From positions 1-64,000 of IMG/VR virus record IMGVR_UViG_3300012347_000377: DNA of 64,000 nucleotides; one strand, 5' to 3'. The position numbers and the translations under genes are program-made. Position 1 is the first letter of the stretch. The number at the start of each line of letters is the position of its first letter. Shown piece by piece: positions 46,089 through 55,952 of this stretch. The notes beneath the pieces were generated by a model, which had not been told where the DNA came from, did no database searches, and saw only the letters and a program-made list of their open reading frames with translations. This stretch comes from a virus (lineage: Duplodnaviria > Heunggongvirae > Uroviricota > Caudoviricetes).

Positions 46089-46114
46089 GTTATAATACCT
46101 CTATTGTGATTTGG

Positions 46115-46144
46115 AAAAGGGAGTTTTCGAACTCCCTTTTTTTA
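46115..46144 (+). terminator. rho-independent terminator
   Basis: GGGAGTT-ttcg-AACTCCC plus TTTTTTT. Confidence 0.6.
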
Positions 46145-46192
46145 TAATAATATATTTATATATAATGAATAATATGATAAACTACTTACGCA

Positions 46193-46762
46193 ATGTTTAC
46201 ACTTTTTATAGATAATTTTTTAACAAATGAAGAGTGTGAATCACTCATACAACTTGGAAAAGAAAGTGGATTACAGAAAATGTCATCATCTAAATTTGTA
46301 AATGGTGTTCATGTTGAAACCGCTATAAATGAAGATACTAATAAACGAATGGGATGTTATTTGGTAGATACTTCATTACAACTCCCAATCATACAAACTA
46401 TTTCATCCAAAGTTATTCATACATTAAATGAATTAAAAATATTTAATGGTTTAAATTATTCACATATACCAAAATATTCGTTCAATCAATATTCTAAAAA
46501 TGATTTTTTGGATTGGCATTCAGATTTGCATGAAATTCAATATGGTGCAACCATTACCACTATATTTCAATTAAACGATTCATATGATGGCGGTGATATA
46601 AAATATATAATAGATAATATTGAATATTCCGTTCCTAAAAAGACTGGTAGTATTTTTATTTTTGATTCCAATATCTCACATTCAGTTGATAAATTAACTG
46701 ATGGTATTAGATACTCATTAAATGTTTGGCCAGGAAGTGTTATGAAAAAATCAATAATTTAA
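46193..46762 (+). CDS. 2OG-Fe(II) oxygenase, prolyl-4-hydroxylase-like
   Basis: WHSDLHE (HxD) ... ISHSVD distal His; paralogue of 53186-53752. Confidence 0.55.
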   Translation: MFTLFIDNFLTNEECESLIQLGKESGLQKMSSSKFVNGVHVETAINEDTNKRMGCYLVDTSLQLPIIQTISSKVIHTLNELKIFNGLNYSHIPKYSFNQYSKNDFLDWHSDLHEIQYGATITTIFQLNDSYDGGDIKYIIDNIEYSVPKKTGSIFIFDSNISHSVDKLTDGIRYSLNVWPGSVMKKSII

Positions 46763-46774
46763 TAAATTACTCAT

Positions 46775-47110
46775 ATGAAATTTATAATAATATTTACCAT
46801 ATTTATATTAACATTATACATTAGTATAGGTTGGAACAAAATATGGGATAGATATAAAATGTATTTATCCAACGAATATTGGACAGATTACAATATAATA
46901 GAATTAGCAGCATGGTTGACTAAGGCAATAATCATAATTCCTGGACTAATATTTGGTATTGAATTGTGGTATATGCATTTTTTAACATTAGCAACTTCTT
47001 CTGCTTTAATTTGGGCATCAATGAGAAAATCATTACCAACATTAATATTATTCAATACCATATGGATTTGTATATCACTAACAATAATAATAAGACATTT
47101 AATACCATAA
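46775..47110 (+). CDS. membrane protein (111 aa)
   Basis: Hydrophobic. Confidence 0.45.
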   Translation: MKFIIIFTIFILTLYISIGWNKIWDRYKMYLSNEYWTDYNIIELAAWLTKAIIIIPGLIFGIELWYMHFLTLATSSALIWASMRKSLPTLILFNTIWICISLTIIIRHLIP

Positions 47111-47111
47111 T

Positions 47112-48353
47112 ATGAAAGTAGTAATAATTGGTGGAGGAACTGCCGGATGGTTAACGGCTTTGGTAGTTAATAAATTTTGGAAAAACGCAGACGTTACCTT
47201 AATTGAAAGTTCTAAGATAGGAATATTAGGAGCAGGAGAAGGTGGAACTCCCAATTTCGGAAGAATGCTAAGTTTATTGGATATTAATCATGAAGATTTT
47301 TTTGAAAAAACTAAATCAACTATAAAAAGTGGAGTACATTTAGTTAATTGGACAGGTAATGGGGAATTATCAAAACATTTATTTACTGGAGCAGAACCCG
47401 ATTCATTTAATAAACATCATGCATATCACTTCGATGCTCGAGCAGTTGCTGAATATTTTAAAGGTATTTCCATATCAAGAGGAGTTAATTGGATTGATGG
47501 TGAAGTTGATACAATTGAAAATAATGGTGATGAAATTAAATCTGTTTCATTGAAAGATAATACTAAAATAGATTTAGATTTTGTATTTGATTGTAGTGGG
47601 TTCAAGCGTATTATCATAGATGGCATTCATTCGGAAGAATGGATTGATTATGATAAATATTTAATGATGAATAAGGCGTTTACATTTTTCCTACCACAAT
47701 CTACGGAAGATGTAGGGTATTCCAAAACATATACTCGTATGGTTTCTATGAATTCCGGTTGGATGTTTCAAATACCATTACAACATAGATGGGGATGTGG
47801 GTATGTCCACAACGATAAATATATTTCAATAGATGAAGCTAAGAAAGAAATCGAAGATTATTTAGGACATGAGGTAAATATACAAAAGATATTTGATTTT
47901 AAACCCGGAACACATAAACGTAGTTGGATAGGAAATTCAATATCAATTGGATTATCATATGGGTTTATTGAACCATTGGAAGCAACATCGTTAATGTCTA
48001 CTATCATGCAATTAAAAAGATTGATTGATACCGAGTTCGATGCGGGATATCGAGATAGATATAATACATGGTGCTATCAAATAAACGAACAAAATTTAAA
48101 CTTCATACGATTCCATTATCTATGTGAACGAGAAGATACTGAATTTTGGAAAGATTGCACATCATTACCATTACCTACTAAATTAAAAAATATATTAGAT
48201 AAAAATAATTCATTAATACCAACGAATGATTTCCAATTACTTAATATGCTAGAATTACAAGAATCGTCTGTAAATGAATTAACATTTTATGTAAATAATT
48301 ATTCTACTATTTTTGTAAAAAATAAAAACAAAGGAAAAAGACAATTGTTATAA
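47112..48353 (+). CDS. flavin-dependent halogenase (tryptophan-halogenase family)
   Basis: N-terminal VIIGGGTAGW FAD motif and GWMFQIP matching the WxWxIP halogenase signature. Confidence 0.65.
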   Translation: MKVVIIGGGTAGWLTALVVNKFWKNADVTLIESSKIGILGAGEGGTPNFGRMLSLLDINHEDFFEKTKSTIKSGVHLVNWTGNGELSKHLFTGAEPDSFNKHHAYHFDARAVAEYFKGISISRGVNWIDGEVDTIENNGDEIKSVSLKDNTKIDLDFVFDCSGFKRIIIDGIHSEEWIDYDKYLMMNKAFTFFLPQSTEDVGYSKTYTRMVSMNSGWMFQIPLQHRWGCGYVHNDKYISIDEAKKEIEDYLGHEVNIQKIFDFKPGTHKRSWIGNSISIGLSYGFIEPLEATSLMSTIMQLKRLIDTEFDAGYRDRYNTWCYQINEQNLNFIRFHYLCEREDTEFWKDCTSLPLPTKLKNILDKNNSLIPTNDFQLLNMLELQESSVNELTFYVNNYSTIFVKNKNKGKRQLL

Positions 48354-48354
48354 T

Positions 48355-48996
48355 ATGGAAAAGATAATATTTGATAATGATATTTGTATTTGGAAAACGA
48401 AATTAAATTTGTCTGAATATAAGAATCAAATTTTAGAGTTATGTGAAGACGTAGTCAAAAATAATACAGAGGGTGTAAATTTTGATGCATATTCATATTC
48501 CAAAATAAAAGATGATGTAAATTTCTTAGGTAATATTGTTATTAAAAATAAATTAGATGAGATTGGTCAAATATCTATAAACAATTGTAAAAAAATACAC
48601 AACGATAGGGGTATAGATTTTAATATGGTAGAAACCGATGCTTGGGTTAATATTGTAAGAAGTGATAATCCAGTTCAATTAAATTTTAAGGAAGGTCATG
48701 AAAAATATCACATACATACCGAATTAAATAAAACAAATAATTCATTCGTTCCATCTTATACCTATGTGTATTATATACAAATGCCCGATAGGATAGAGGG
48801 TGAAGATGCTGTTTTATATTTTAAAAGTAAAAGTGGTAAAGAGTATTCTATATTACCAGAAGAAGATGATTTACTAATTATGGAAGCAGATGTCCCACAT
48901 GCACCAAATAATGCACCCAACTCTACGATAGACAGAATTGTGTTTGCAGGTAATGTTGGGTTAAGTTATGTTAAAAAGGAGAAGTCTTTAATATAA
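48355..48996 (+). CDS. hypothetical protein, possible cupin/2OG-oxygenase-like
   Basis: KYHIHTE ... VPHAP could form an HxE...H facial triad; weak. Confidence 0.35.
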   Translation: MEKIIFDNDICIWKTKLNLSEYKNQILELCEDVVKNNTEGVNFDAYSYSKIKDDVNFLGNIVIKNKLDEIGQISINNCKKIHNDRGIDFNMVETDAWVNIVRSDNPVQLNFKEGHEKYHIHTELNKTNNSFVPSYTYVYYIQMPDRIEGEDAVLYFKSKSGKEYSILPEEDDLLIMEADVPHAPNNAPNSTIDRIVFAGNVGLSYVKKEKSLI

Positions 48997-49721
48997 TGCT
49001 AGTAGATAATAAATTTATATATCTAAGTTTACCGAGATGTGCATCAACAGCTTTTTTTATTTCATGTATTAGAAATGGTATAAAAATTGAACATGCTCAA
49101 AATACCGATGATAATATGTATCGTAATATTGATTTGAAATCGATGGGTAATATGGAGTTAGTTTATAATATTAATCATTTTCACGAAACAATCCAATCCT
49201 TAAAAACTAAATTCGGAAATGAGTATGAAATCATATCAGTAAAACGAAATCGTCACCAAAGATTTATTTCATATTTTAACCACATAATCGGTGAATTATA
49301 CCGAAATGGGTATATGGAATTATATCATAAAGTTTTGGAGTTGAATGTAAATGATATATTATTTTATAATAGTATTGATTTGATTAACATTGAAAGTAGA
49401 ACAAAATTAGTTAATACGTTTTTAACTAATATGGGATTTGCTGAATATGATAATAATATACAATCATTATTCTTGCCATTGTTTTCACCATTGTGCACAT
49501 ATCATAACAATGATTCATCAATAAAATGGTTTGATTTTAATAATTTATCTGAATTAGAAAAATGGGTAAGTGTTAAATTAAATAAACCATTTAAATTGGA
49601 AAACTTTGGTTCTAGTTATAACTACAAATCTAAGTTGATAGTAGATGACGAGTTTATACAAAAATATAACAACATTTACGATTATTATGATTTACCAAAA
49701 TCAATAAAAACTTTAATATAA
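48996..49721 (+). CDS. sulfotransferase-like protein, tandem paralogue A
   Basis: MLVDNKFIYLSLPRCASTAF (PAPS 5'PSB-like) ; first 60 nt nearly identical to next gene. Confidence 0.4.
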   Translation: MLVDNKFIYLSLPRCASTAFFISCIRNGIKIEHAQNTDDNMYRNIDLKSMGNMELVYNINHFHETIQSLKTKFGNEYEIISVKRNRHQRFISYFNHIIGELYRNGYMELYHKVLELNVNDILFYNSIDLINIESRTKLVNTFLTNMGFAEYDNNIQSLFLPLFSPLCTYHNNDSSIKWFDFNNLSELEKWVSVKLNKPFKLENFGSSYNYKSKLIVDDEFIQKYNNIYDYYDLPKSIKTLI

Positions 49722-50479
49722 TGTTAGTAGATAATAAATTTATATATCTAAGTTTACCGAGATGTGCATCAACAGCATTTCACTATTCATGTCTTATATC
49801 CGATTTAAAAGTTGAAACTTATACCAATACTTTAATACCATTAAATGATAATGTTGATTTTAAATCAATTGATAAGTCTAATTTAATGAATCACATATAT
49901 CATGCTCACGAATCAATTGGTGATTTACAATCTAAATTTGGAACATCATATCCAGTTGTTGCAGTTAAACGAAACCGACATGAAAGATTTTATTCATTAT
50001 ATAAACACATTTTGTTTGATTTGAAACGAAGTGGTTATCCTAAAATTTATGAAGCTTTTTCTAAACTTACATTAGATGAATTATTTTTTTTTACTAAAAA
50101 TGATTTAATTAATAAAAAACAAAGATGGGATGTAATATCTCAATATTTAATTGACTTAAAACTATTAGATAAAAAAGTTGATATTATCAATTGGGAAAAT
50201 ACTATATTTGGTTATGCTGTAAATATGATTGATATATTACTAACACCCATTTCATATTGGACAAATAACGATTCTAATATTATTTGGTTTGATTTTGATA
50301 AAATAAATGAGTTGGAAAGTTGGGTTTCTGAAAAAGTAGATAAACCCTTTAAATTAGAATCAGCAAATTCTAGTAAACACATTGAATGCAATATTGTATT
50401 AGATGATAGGTTTATAAACAAATATAATGATATTTATGATTACTACGATTTACCAAAATCTACCATTACCTTAATATAA
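49721..50479 (+). CDS. sulfotransferase-like protein, tandem paralogue B
   Basis: Same N-terminus and C-terminal IYDYYDLPKS motif as paralogue A. Confidence 0.4.
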   Translation: MLVDNKFIYLSLPRCASTAFHYSCLISDLKVETYTNTLIPLNDNVDFKSIDKSNLMNHIYHAHESIGDLQSKFGTSYPVVAVKRNRHERFYSLYKHILFDLKRSGYPKIYEAFSKLTLDELFFFTKNDLINKKQRWDVISQYLIDLKLLDKKVDIINWENTIFGYAVNMIDILLTPISYWTNNDSNIIWFDFDKINELESWVSEKVDKPFKLESANSSKHIECNIVLDDRFINKYNDIYDYYDLPKSTITLI

Positions 50480-50483
50480 TAAT

Positions 50484-50771
50484 ATGATTGATTACAAAGA
50501 AATATTTGAAGCATGGAAAATATCGTTTAATCCAAATCATTCACAAGAATTATTGGCAAAGGAACGATTGGATGTATGTTTGGGATGTGATTTTAGAAAA
50601 GAAGTTTTAAAAGGAGTGAAGTGGTCTGCATATTGTGGTGATTGTGGATGTCCGTTAAATAAAAAAGTATTTTCAACTATGTTTAATCCCTGCACTCAAA
50701 AAAAATGGGAAAATGTTGATTCTAAGTATTTAGATGTAATTAAAACTAAAAATAAAAATTCTATAATTTAA
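50484..50771 (+). CDS. Cys-rich small protein (95 aa)
   Basis: CLGCDF ... CGDCGCP ... C. Confidence 0.4.
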   Translation: MIDYKEIFEAWKISFNPNHSQELLAKERLDVCLGCDFRKEVLKGVKWSAYCGDCGCPLNKKVFSTMFNPCTQKKWENVDSKYLDVIKTKNKNSII

Positions 50772-50817
50772 ATAATCATATATTTATAGAAGAATATTAA
50801 ACAAATATAAGGATTTT

Positions 50818-52305
50818 ATGAAAGCAACTATCATAGGTAGCGATTTATTGGAAAAAAATGGAAGTGTTAAGTTTTTAGAAATAAACACAAATACAACCAT
50901 TTATAACACAGGTGCCGATTTATTAGATTATACCGCATTATTTGATGTCTTAACAACTAACAACATAACTGAATTTCATTTTATATGGACAGAAGTGGAT
51001 TCATATACTCCACTTGTAGAACCATTTAGATTTAAAGAAATTTTACAAGAAAAATGTGCGGAAAATAACATATCATTCACAGAATATGTAGTTCCTGTTA
51101 ATTCAGTAACCGTTCCATACATTGAAGATGCACCTAACAAATTTATATTAAGACAATCATATGATACTACTGCATTAGTAGATGAAACATATTGTGCTAA
51201 TAAATTTGAGTTCTTTAACTTAATGAGTGGGTCTGAATATATTCCTGCTACATATTTTAGTGGTAGTGCATTACAAATGGATGAATTTTCTACATTGGAT
51301 ACGTCATTAGATGCACCAAATGTTTTAGTTAAAGCAAACTCTCCTTCATATGATTTAAATTTATATCCAGCATTATACAAATTAGATGATATTTCTGAAT
51401 TGAATAGTTTAAAAACCGAATTAGGTTCTGATTACTTAGTTCAAGAATTTGTTTATTCGGATGATAATATTGTTGATGGTAGATATTCTATCATTCGTAG
51501 TATTGATATTATATATGGTTCTAACTTAGATGTAATCAACTTAGGTGGATATAAACAAAGCACATTAATACCGATGAGTTTTACTACTGATGAATTTGTT
51601 TCAGATACAAAACGTTTGAATCAAAAAAGTAGAATAAAATATATTTCAAAACCTATTACAAGAGAATATGCTAATGAATACCATACCGATTCTGATTCTG
51701 TTATTTTAGATTATACCGGTTCATTGGTCGATGTAGATAATTTGAAATTAGGTGATTATATAAAATCTATAAATTTCCAAGATATACATGGTAATAATGC
51801 AGCTGGATTTGATCAAACTCTTTTAGAAACCTATGGTTGGGAAACTACAATACCGCAAGCAAATGAAACCCTAACTGCCGAATCATCTAGTTTAGCAAAC
51901 GTATATTCTTCATCGGTTGATACTATCTATGTAAGAATTACATTAGAAGATGGGAAAACGTGGGTAGATGCACCTTCTTGTACATATTTCATTGAAGAAA
52001 CTGATTCAGATAAAACTAGATTTGAAAAAGTAAATAATATGGTAGTAGGTGATAAATTGGTTGTAACTGATACATCTACAAACGAATTAACTACGATAGC
52101 AATTACATCATTAGAAATGGAACATGCTCAAACAATTATTTATAGTTTAGACTTTGAACCATCTGATTTATTCTTAGTAGATGTAGGTGATGGTTTGTTT
52201 AGCGTGATGCACAATACTTGTTGGTGTCCTTGGGTCTATTGTGGATACTATTGTAACTCTAACTACTGCCCTGGCTGTGGTGGTGGTGGTTTTGAAAAAG
52301 CATAA
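50818..52305 (+). CDS. hypothetical protein with Cys/Trp/Tyr/Pro-rich C-terminal tail
   Basis: C-terminus HNTCWCPWVYCGYYCNSNYCPGCGGGGFEKA. Confidence 0.5.
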   Translation: MKATIIGSDLLEKNGSVKFLEINTNTTIYNTGADLLDYTALFDVLTTNNITEFHFIWTEVDSYTPLVEPFRFKEILQEKCAENNISFTEYVVPVNSVTVPYIEDAPNKFILRQSYDTTALVDETYCANKFEFFNLMSGSEYIPATYFSGSALQMDEFSTLDTSLDAPNVLVKANSPSYDLNLYPALYKLDDISELNSLKTELGSDYLVQEFVYSDDNIVDGRYSIIRSIDIIYGSNLDVINLGGYKQSTLIPMSFTTDEFVSDTKRLNQKSRIKYISKPITREYANEYHTDSDSVILDYTGSLVDVDNLKLGDYIKSINFQDIHGNNAAGFDQTLLETYGWETTIPQANETLTAESSSLANVYSSSVDTIYVRITLEDGKTWVDAPSCTYFIEETDSDKTRFEKVNNMVVGDKLVVTDTSTNELTTIAITSLEMEHAQTIIYSLDFEPSDLFLVDVGDGLFSVMHNTCWCPWVYCGYYCNSNYCPGCGGGGFEKA

Positions 52306-52475
52306 TATTACTAATTAAAAAAAATATAAAATAAAATGGCAACTATAAATAAAACACACAGACCGGCTTCAGTAATTAAAGCTAACATCACTCCACTATC
52401 AAGTGAATTAAAAGTGAAACTTGCAAATGCAGTTAGTGAAGTTGTAAATAAAATCAAAGAAACCCATTTAAATTA

Positions 52476-53171
52476 ATGGCTTCATCCAGATTACATCAAT
52501 TAAAAATAGTTGATAGTATTGTGGGTGCTGAGATTGGAAACACATTATTATCAAAAATCGAAATAGATTATGGTAATGATATCAGAAAACATAGTGATTT
52601 TACATTACGAAATATTGTCCACGATGTTTCCAATTACATCGAAATGGGATTCAATTCCGATTGGAATATTTTAAATAAAAATACCATACAAGAAATACAA
52701 AAGTTATGGGGTGAATATATTACAAACTATCGTAATAATTATTCACCCCATAATTATATCGAAACTAATGCAATTTTATTAGATAATAGAGTTGATGGTA
52801 TTGGATACTATTGGGTTGATTTAAATACTCGTTATTCAATTGAAATGATTGCCAGAATGGGAAATTGTGGTAGATGTAATTATGGTAATACTTTAATAGA
52901 ATTACGAGAAACTACAAAAGATTCAAGTAAATCCCACGTTGTTATTGTATATAATATAGCATCTGGTCTTATAAGACAAATCAAAGGTAAAGGTGATATA
53001 ATACCATCCGAAGAATATTGGGATGAAATATTTAATTTTTATATTAACACCCCATATCACATTTCAGGTCATAATTATACACAGAAAGAAGGTATAGATT
53101 TTAAACCAGAAATGTTTAGTAAAGAAAAATATGAATTAGTCAAATCTAAAATTATAAATAAAATATTTTAA
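52476..53171 (+). CDS. hypothetical protein (231 aa)
   Basis: ORF. Confidence 0.45.
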   Translation: MASSRLHQLKIVDSIVGAEIGNTLLSKIEIDYGNDIRKHSDFTLRNIVHDVSNYIEMGFNSDWNILNKNTIQEIQKLWGEYITNYRNNYSPHNYIETNAILLDNRVDGIGYYWVDLNTRYSIEMIARMGNCGRCNYGNTLIELRETTKDSSKSHVVIVYNIASGLIRQIKGKGDIIPSEEYWDEIFNFYINTPYHISGHNYTQKEGIDFKPEMFSKEKYELVKSKIINKIF

Positions 53172-53185
53172 ATAATTAACTTATT

Positions 53186-53752
53186 ATGAATTATACTATA
53201 AACCATAATTTTTGTGATAAAACTGAAGCTAATTCTATAATTGATTTTTGTATCAAATATGGAGAACCCTTTTCATATCAACCAACCGAAGTTTGGGATT
53301 GTAGACGAATATATGATGAATCATTTAAAACAAAAATATTAAATAAATTAATCAATTATTACAAAAATGGTGAATTCAAATTATGGTTTGATTATAATAA
53401 TTTTAATGTAAAAAATTTTAATATTAGTTTAACTTCGTATTATGATGGTAGATTTTTAAACTTACATAAAGATAAAGTAAGTGAACTAACAACAGTAATA
53501 GTATTATCCGATGGATTTGAAGGTGGTGAGTTTGCATTATGCGAGGATACAAATCCACCAATATATTTTGAAACATTAGACGAGGTTTCAACTTTCAATC
53601 TTAACTTAGGAGATTCCATCTCTTTTAATGGTTCTAAAACATATCATGGAGTATTACCCGTAACCAATGGTATTAGATATGCATTGAATATTTGGATGAC
53701 AGAATCCAATTATACATACCCACTAACTAAAGTTAATACTACATTATTATGA
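53186..53752 (+). CDS. 2OG-Fe(II) oxygenase, prolyl-4-hydroxylase-like (second copy)
   Basis: LHKDKVSE ... GGEF ... YHGVLPV ... RYALNIW parallels 46193-46762. Confidence 0.5.
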   Translation: MNYTINHNFCDKTEANSIIDFCIKYGEPFSYQPTEVWDCRRIYDESFKTKILNKLINYYKNGEFKLWFDYNNFNVKNFNISLTSYYDGRFLNLHKDKVSELTTVIVLSDGFEGGEFALCEDTNPPIYFETLDEVSTFNLNLGDSISFNGSKTYHGVLPVTNGIRYALNIWMTESNYTYPLTKVNTTLL

Positions 53753-54396
53753 GAGTTGCAATACTAACGAGTGCACGAAGTGGTTCTACGAGTTTATATC
53801 ATTTAATCGAAGCCCATTTAAATAAAAAAAATCATATTTGTATATCAGAACCATTTAATAATTATTGGCGAGAGAAGATAGGTAAACAAACATATGATGT
53901 GAATTTTTTTGAAAATAAAAAAAACATTTTTATAAAAACATTTGTCAGTAAAACTCAAAAACCAAAAAGTTTATTAGAAAACGAAGAGGGGTATTGGGAG
54001 TGGTTTTTTAATTATTTTGAAAAAATAATTCTGTTAGATAGAATAGATAAAGATTTACAAAGTGAAAGTTTAACATATCACATAAAAGTAGATGATATTC
54101 ATAGTTGGCAAAAAAGACAAGTATATGATTTATCAATAACTACACCTGAAGAGATTCTTAATAGTAAAAATGTATTATTAAATGAATCCAATATGATACA
54201 CAATTTTTCTAAAAAAGGTTACCCCTTATATTATTTTGAAGATATTTTTATCAAAAAAGATAAAAGTAAAATCATTGATATTTTTAAATATTTGGATATA
54301 GATTTGAACGAATCAATGTATAATGATTATGTGTATTCAGATGCGTGTAAAATACGAATTGGCGAAGATGAATCTAAATTCAAAAGTATAATATAA
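53749..54396 (+). CDS. sulfotransferase (Stf0/Sulfotransfer_3-like)
   Basis: N-terminal ILTSARSGSTSLYHLI PAPS-binding motif. Confidence 0.5.
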   Translation: MRVAILTSARSGSTSLYHLIEAHLNKKNHICISEPFNNYWREKIGKQTYDVNFFENKKNIFIKTFVSKTQKPKSLLENEEGYWEWFFNYFEKIILLDRIDKDLQSESLTYHIKVDDIHSWQKRQVYDLSITTPEEILNSKNVLLNESNMIHNFSKKGYPLYYFEDIFIKKDKSKIIDIFKYLDIDLNESMYNDYVYSDACKIRIGEDESKFKSII

Positions 54397-54413
54397 AAAT
54401 CTAACATACTATA

Positions 54414-54445
54414 TTTGGTATTATCATAAATTTTTAGTATATTTG
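54414..54445 (+). promoter_or_regulatory. phage promoter
   Basis: tttggtattatcataaatttttagtatatttg. Confidence 0.45.
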
Positions 54446-54513
54446 TGACTACGATATATAAGTCCCTTTTTTTATATCCTAATATTTATTACTATACACT
54501 AAAATATATAATT

Positions 54514-54693
54514 ATGAAAGATGTTTACAAGCAAAGAATTGATAATAGTATGATTTCAATTCAGCAAAGAGTTAAGATTGTTCAAGAAATGCTAACGGGT
54601 CAAAGACCTGCAGATGCTCAAATGGCTGAACAATACTTAAAAGAAGTTCAAAAGAGTTTAGAAACTATACAAGAAATTGTAGATTTATCGTAA
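54514..54693 (+). CDS. small hypothetical protein (59 aa; ORF 54445 trimmed to ATG downstream of promoter)
   Basis: Upstream part of the track ORF overlaps the promoter. Confidence 0.35.
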   Translation: MKDVYKQRIDNSMISIQQRVKIVQEMLTGQRPADAQMAEQYLKEVQKSLETIQEIVDLS

Positions 54694-54694
54694 T

Positions 54695-55891
54695 ATGAAT
54701 TCGTTAAAGTATTTAGTAGGATTATCAGCATTAATTATTGCTGGATGTGCTGCGTATTTTTCAGTAACGGGATTGGGTGTTCTTTTTGCAGGAGCATCTA
54801 TACCTGTAATGATAATGGCAAGTTCATTGGAATTTGCTAAATTAGTAGCAGCAACTTATCTAAAACAAACTTGGGGTGAAATTAAAGGTTTTAACAAATG
54901 GTATTTAACTATATCAGTTGGAATTTTGATGTTAATCACATCTGCAGGTATTTTTGGCTATCTTTCTAATGCTTTTCAAACACAATCTCTTCAATTACAG
55001 CAAGTTGATAGGGAAGTATTGGTTTTTTCAACCAAAATTGACCAAAATACATCACAAATAGAGCAGTTAAACACTCAATTAGGACAATTATCTTCAACTC
55101 AATCTCAAATTTTAGAAAAAGGTAAGGTAAATTCACGTTTATTACGTTCAATTGACAATAAAGACAAGCAAGTTTCCCAAATTAATAAGAAAATAGCAGA
55201 TTTACAAGAAGAAAACGCCAAAAATAACGAAAAAATCAACGAAATTAAGGTAAAAAACTTAGGATTAGAGAAAGAAGTGGGTGGTTTTCGATTTATTGCC
55301 GAAGTTTTTGGTATGGAATTGAAAAATGTTGTAAAATTCTTCATATTTTTGATTGTAATTGTGTTTGACCCCCTTGCAATTGCCTTAATTATCGCATTTA
55401 ATGGTTTAATTGGTGATAAAAAAACCAAACAACGTAAAATTCTTACCGAAATGATGGAAAATGACCAAAAATTAGGTTTGTATGAAGTATATGGTGATAA
55501 AAAAGAAGATTTAGTGGAAAATAATTCACAAAATAAAGAAGAAACACCCATTATAGTGGAAAATCCACCAATAACACCCAATGATGAGTTAATCGAAGCA
55601 TTTGAAACTTATAATTCCAATTTAGATTTAGATAAGGATGGAATTGTGTCAGAGGAAGAACAATCTGCTGATTCAGATGGTGATGGTGTGGTCTCTGAAG
55701 AAGAACAACGAAAATGGTATGAGGAAGGTGGATGGAAATCACCATATGAAGGAAAAGCTTTCTATCACCATCCCTGGTTTGATTGGAGTAAGAGAGAACG
55801 TTGGATTAATGATAGAAAAGCAATAGATTATTGGTTAAGTTATCAAGGTGGAACTCAAGCTGCGTTAGAAGAATACAAAAAAAGTAAATAA
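54695..55891 (+). CDS. membrane protein with coiled coil and EF-hand-like DxDxDG motifs
   Basis: N-terminal TM helices; DLDKDGIVSEEE and DSDGDGVVSEEE. Confidence 0.45.
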   Translation: MNSLKYLVGLSALIIAGCAAYFSVTGLGVLFAGASIPVMIMASSLEFAKLVAATYLKQTWGEIKGFNKWYLTISVGILMLITSAGIFGYLSNAFQTQSLQLQQVDREVLVFSTKIDQNTSQIEQLNTQLGQLSSTQSQILEKGKVNSRLLRSIDNKDKQVSQINKKIADLQEENAKNNEKINEIKVKNLGLEKEVGGFRFIAEVFGMELKNVVKFFIFLIVIVFDPLAIALIIAFNGLIGDKKTKQRKILTEMMENDQKLGLYEVYGDKKEDLVENNSQNKEETPIIVENPPITPNDELIEAFETYNSNLDLDKDGIVSEEEQSADSDGDGVVSEEEQRKWYEEGGWKSPYEGKAFYHHPWFDWSKRERWINDRKAIDYWLSYQGGTQAALEEYKKSK

Positions 55892-55894
55892 TTA

Positions 55895-55926
55895 TTTGGT
55901 ATTTTGAAATATTATTCGTATATTAG
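55895..55926 (+). promoter_or_regulatory. phage promoter
   Basis: tttggtattttgaaatattattcgtatattag. Confidence 0.5.
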
Positions 55927-55952
55927 CTTTATAAAATGTAAAACTATATAAT

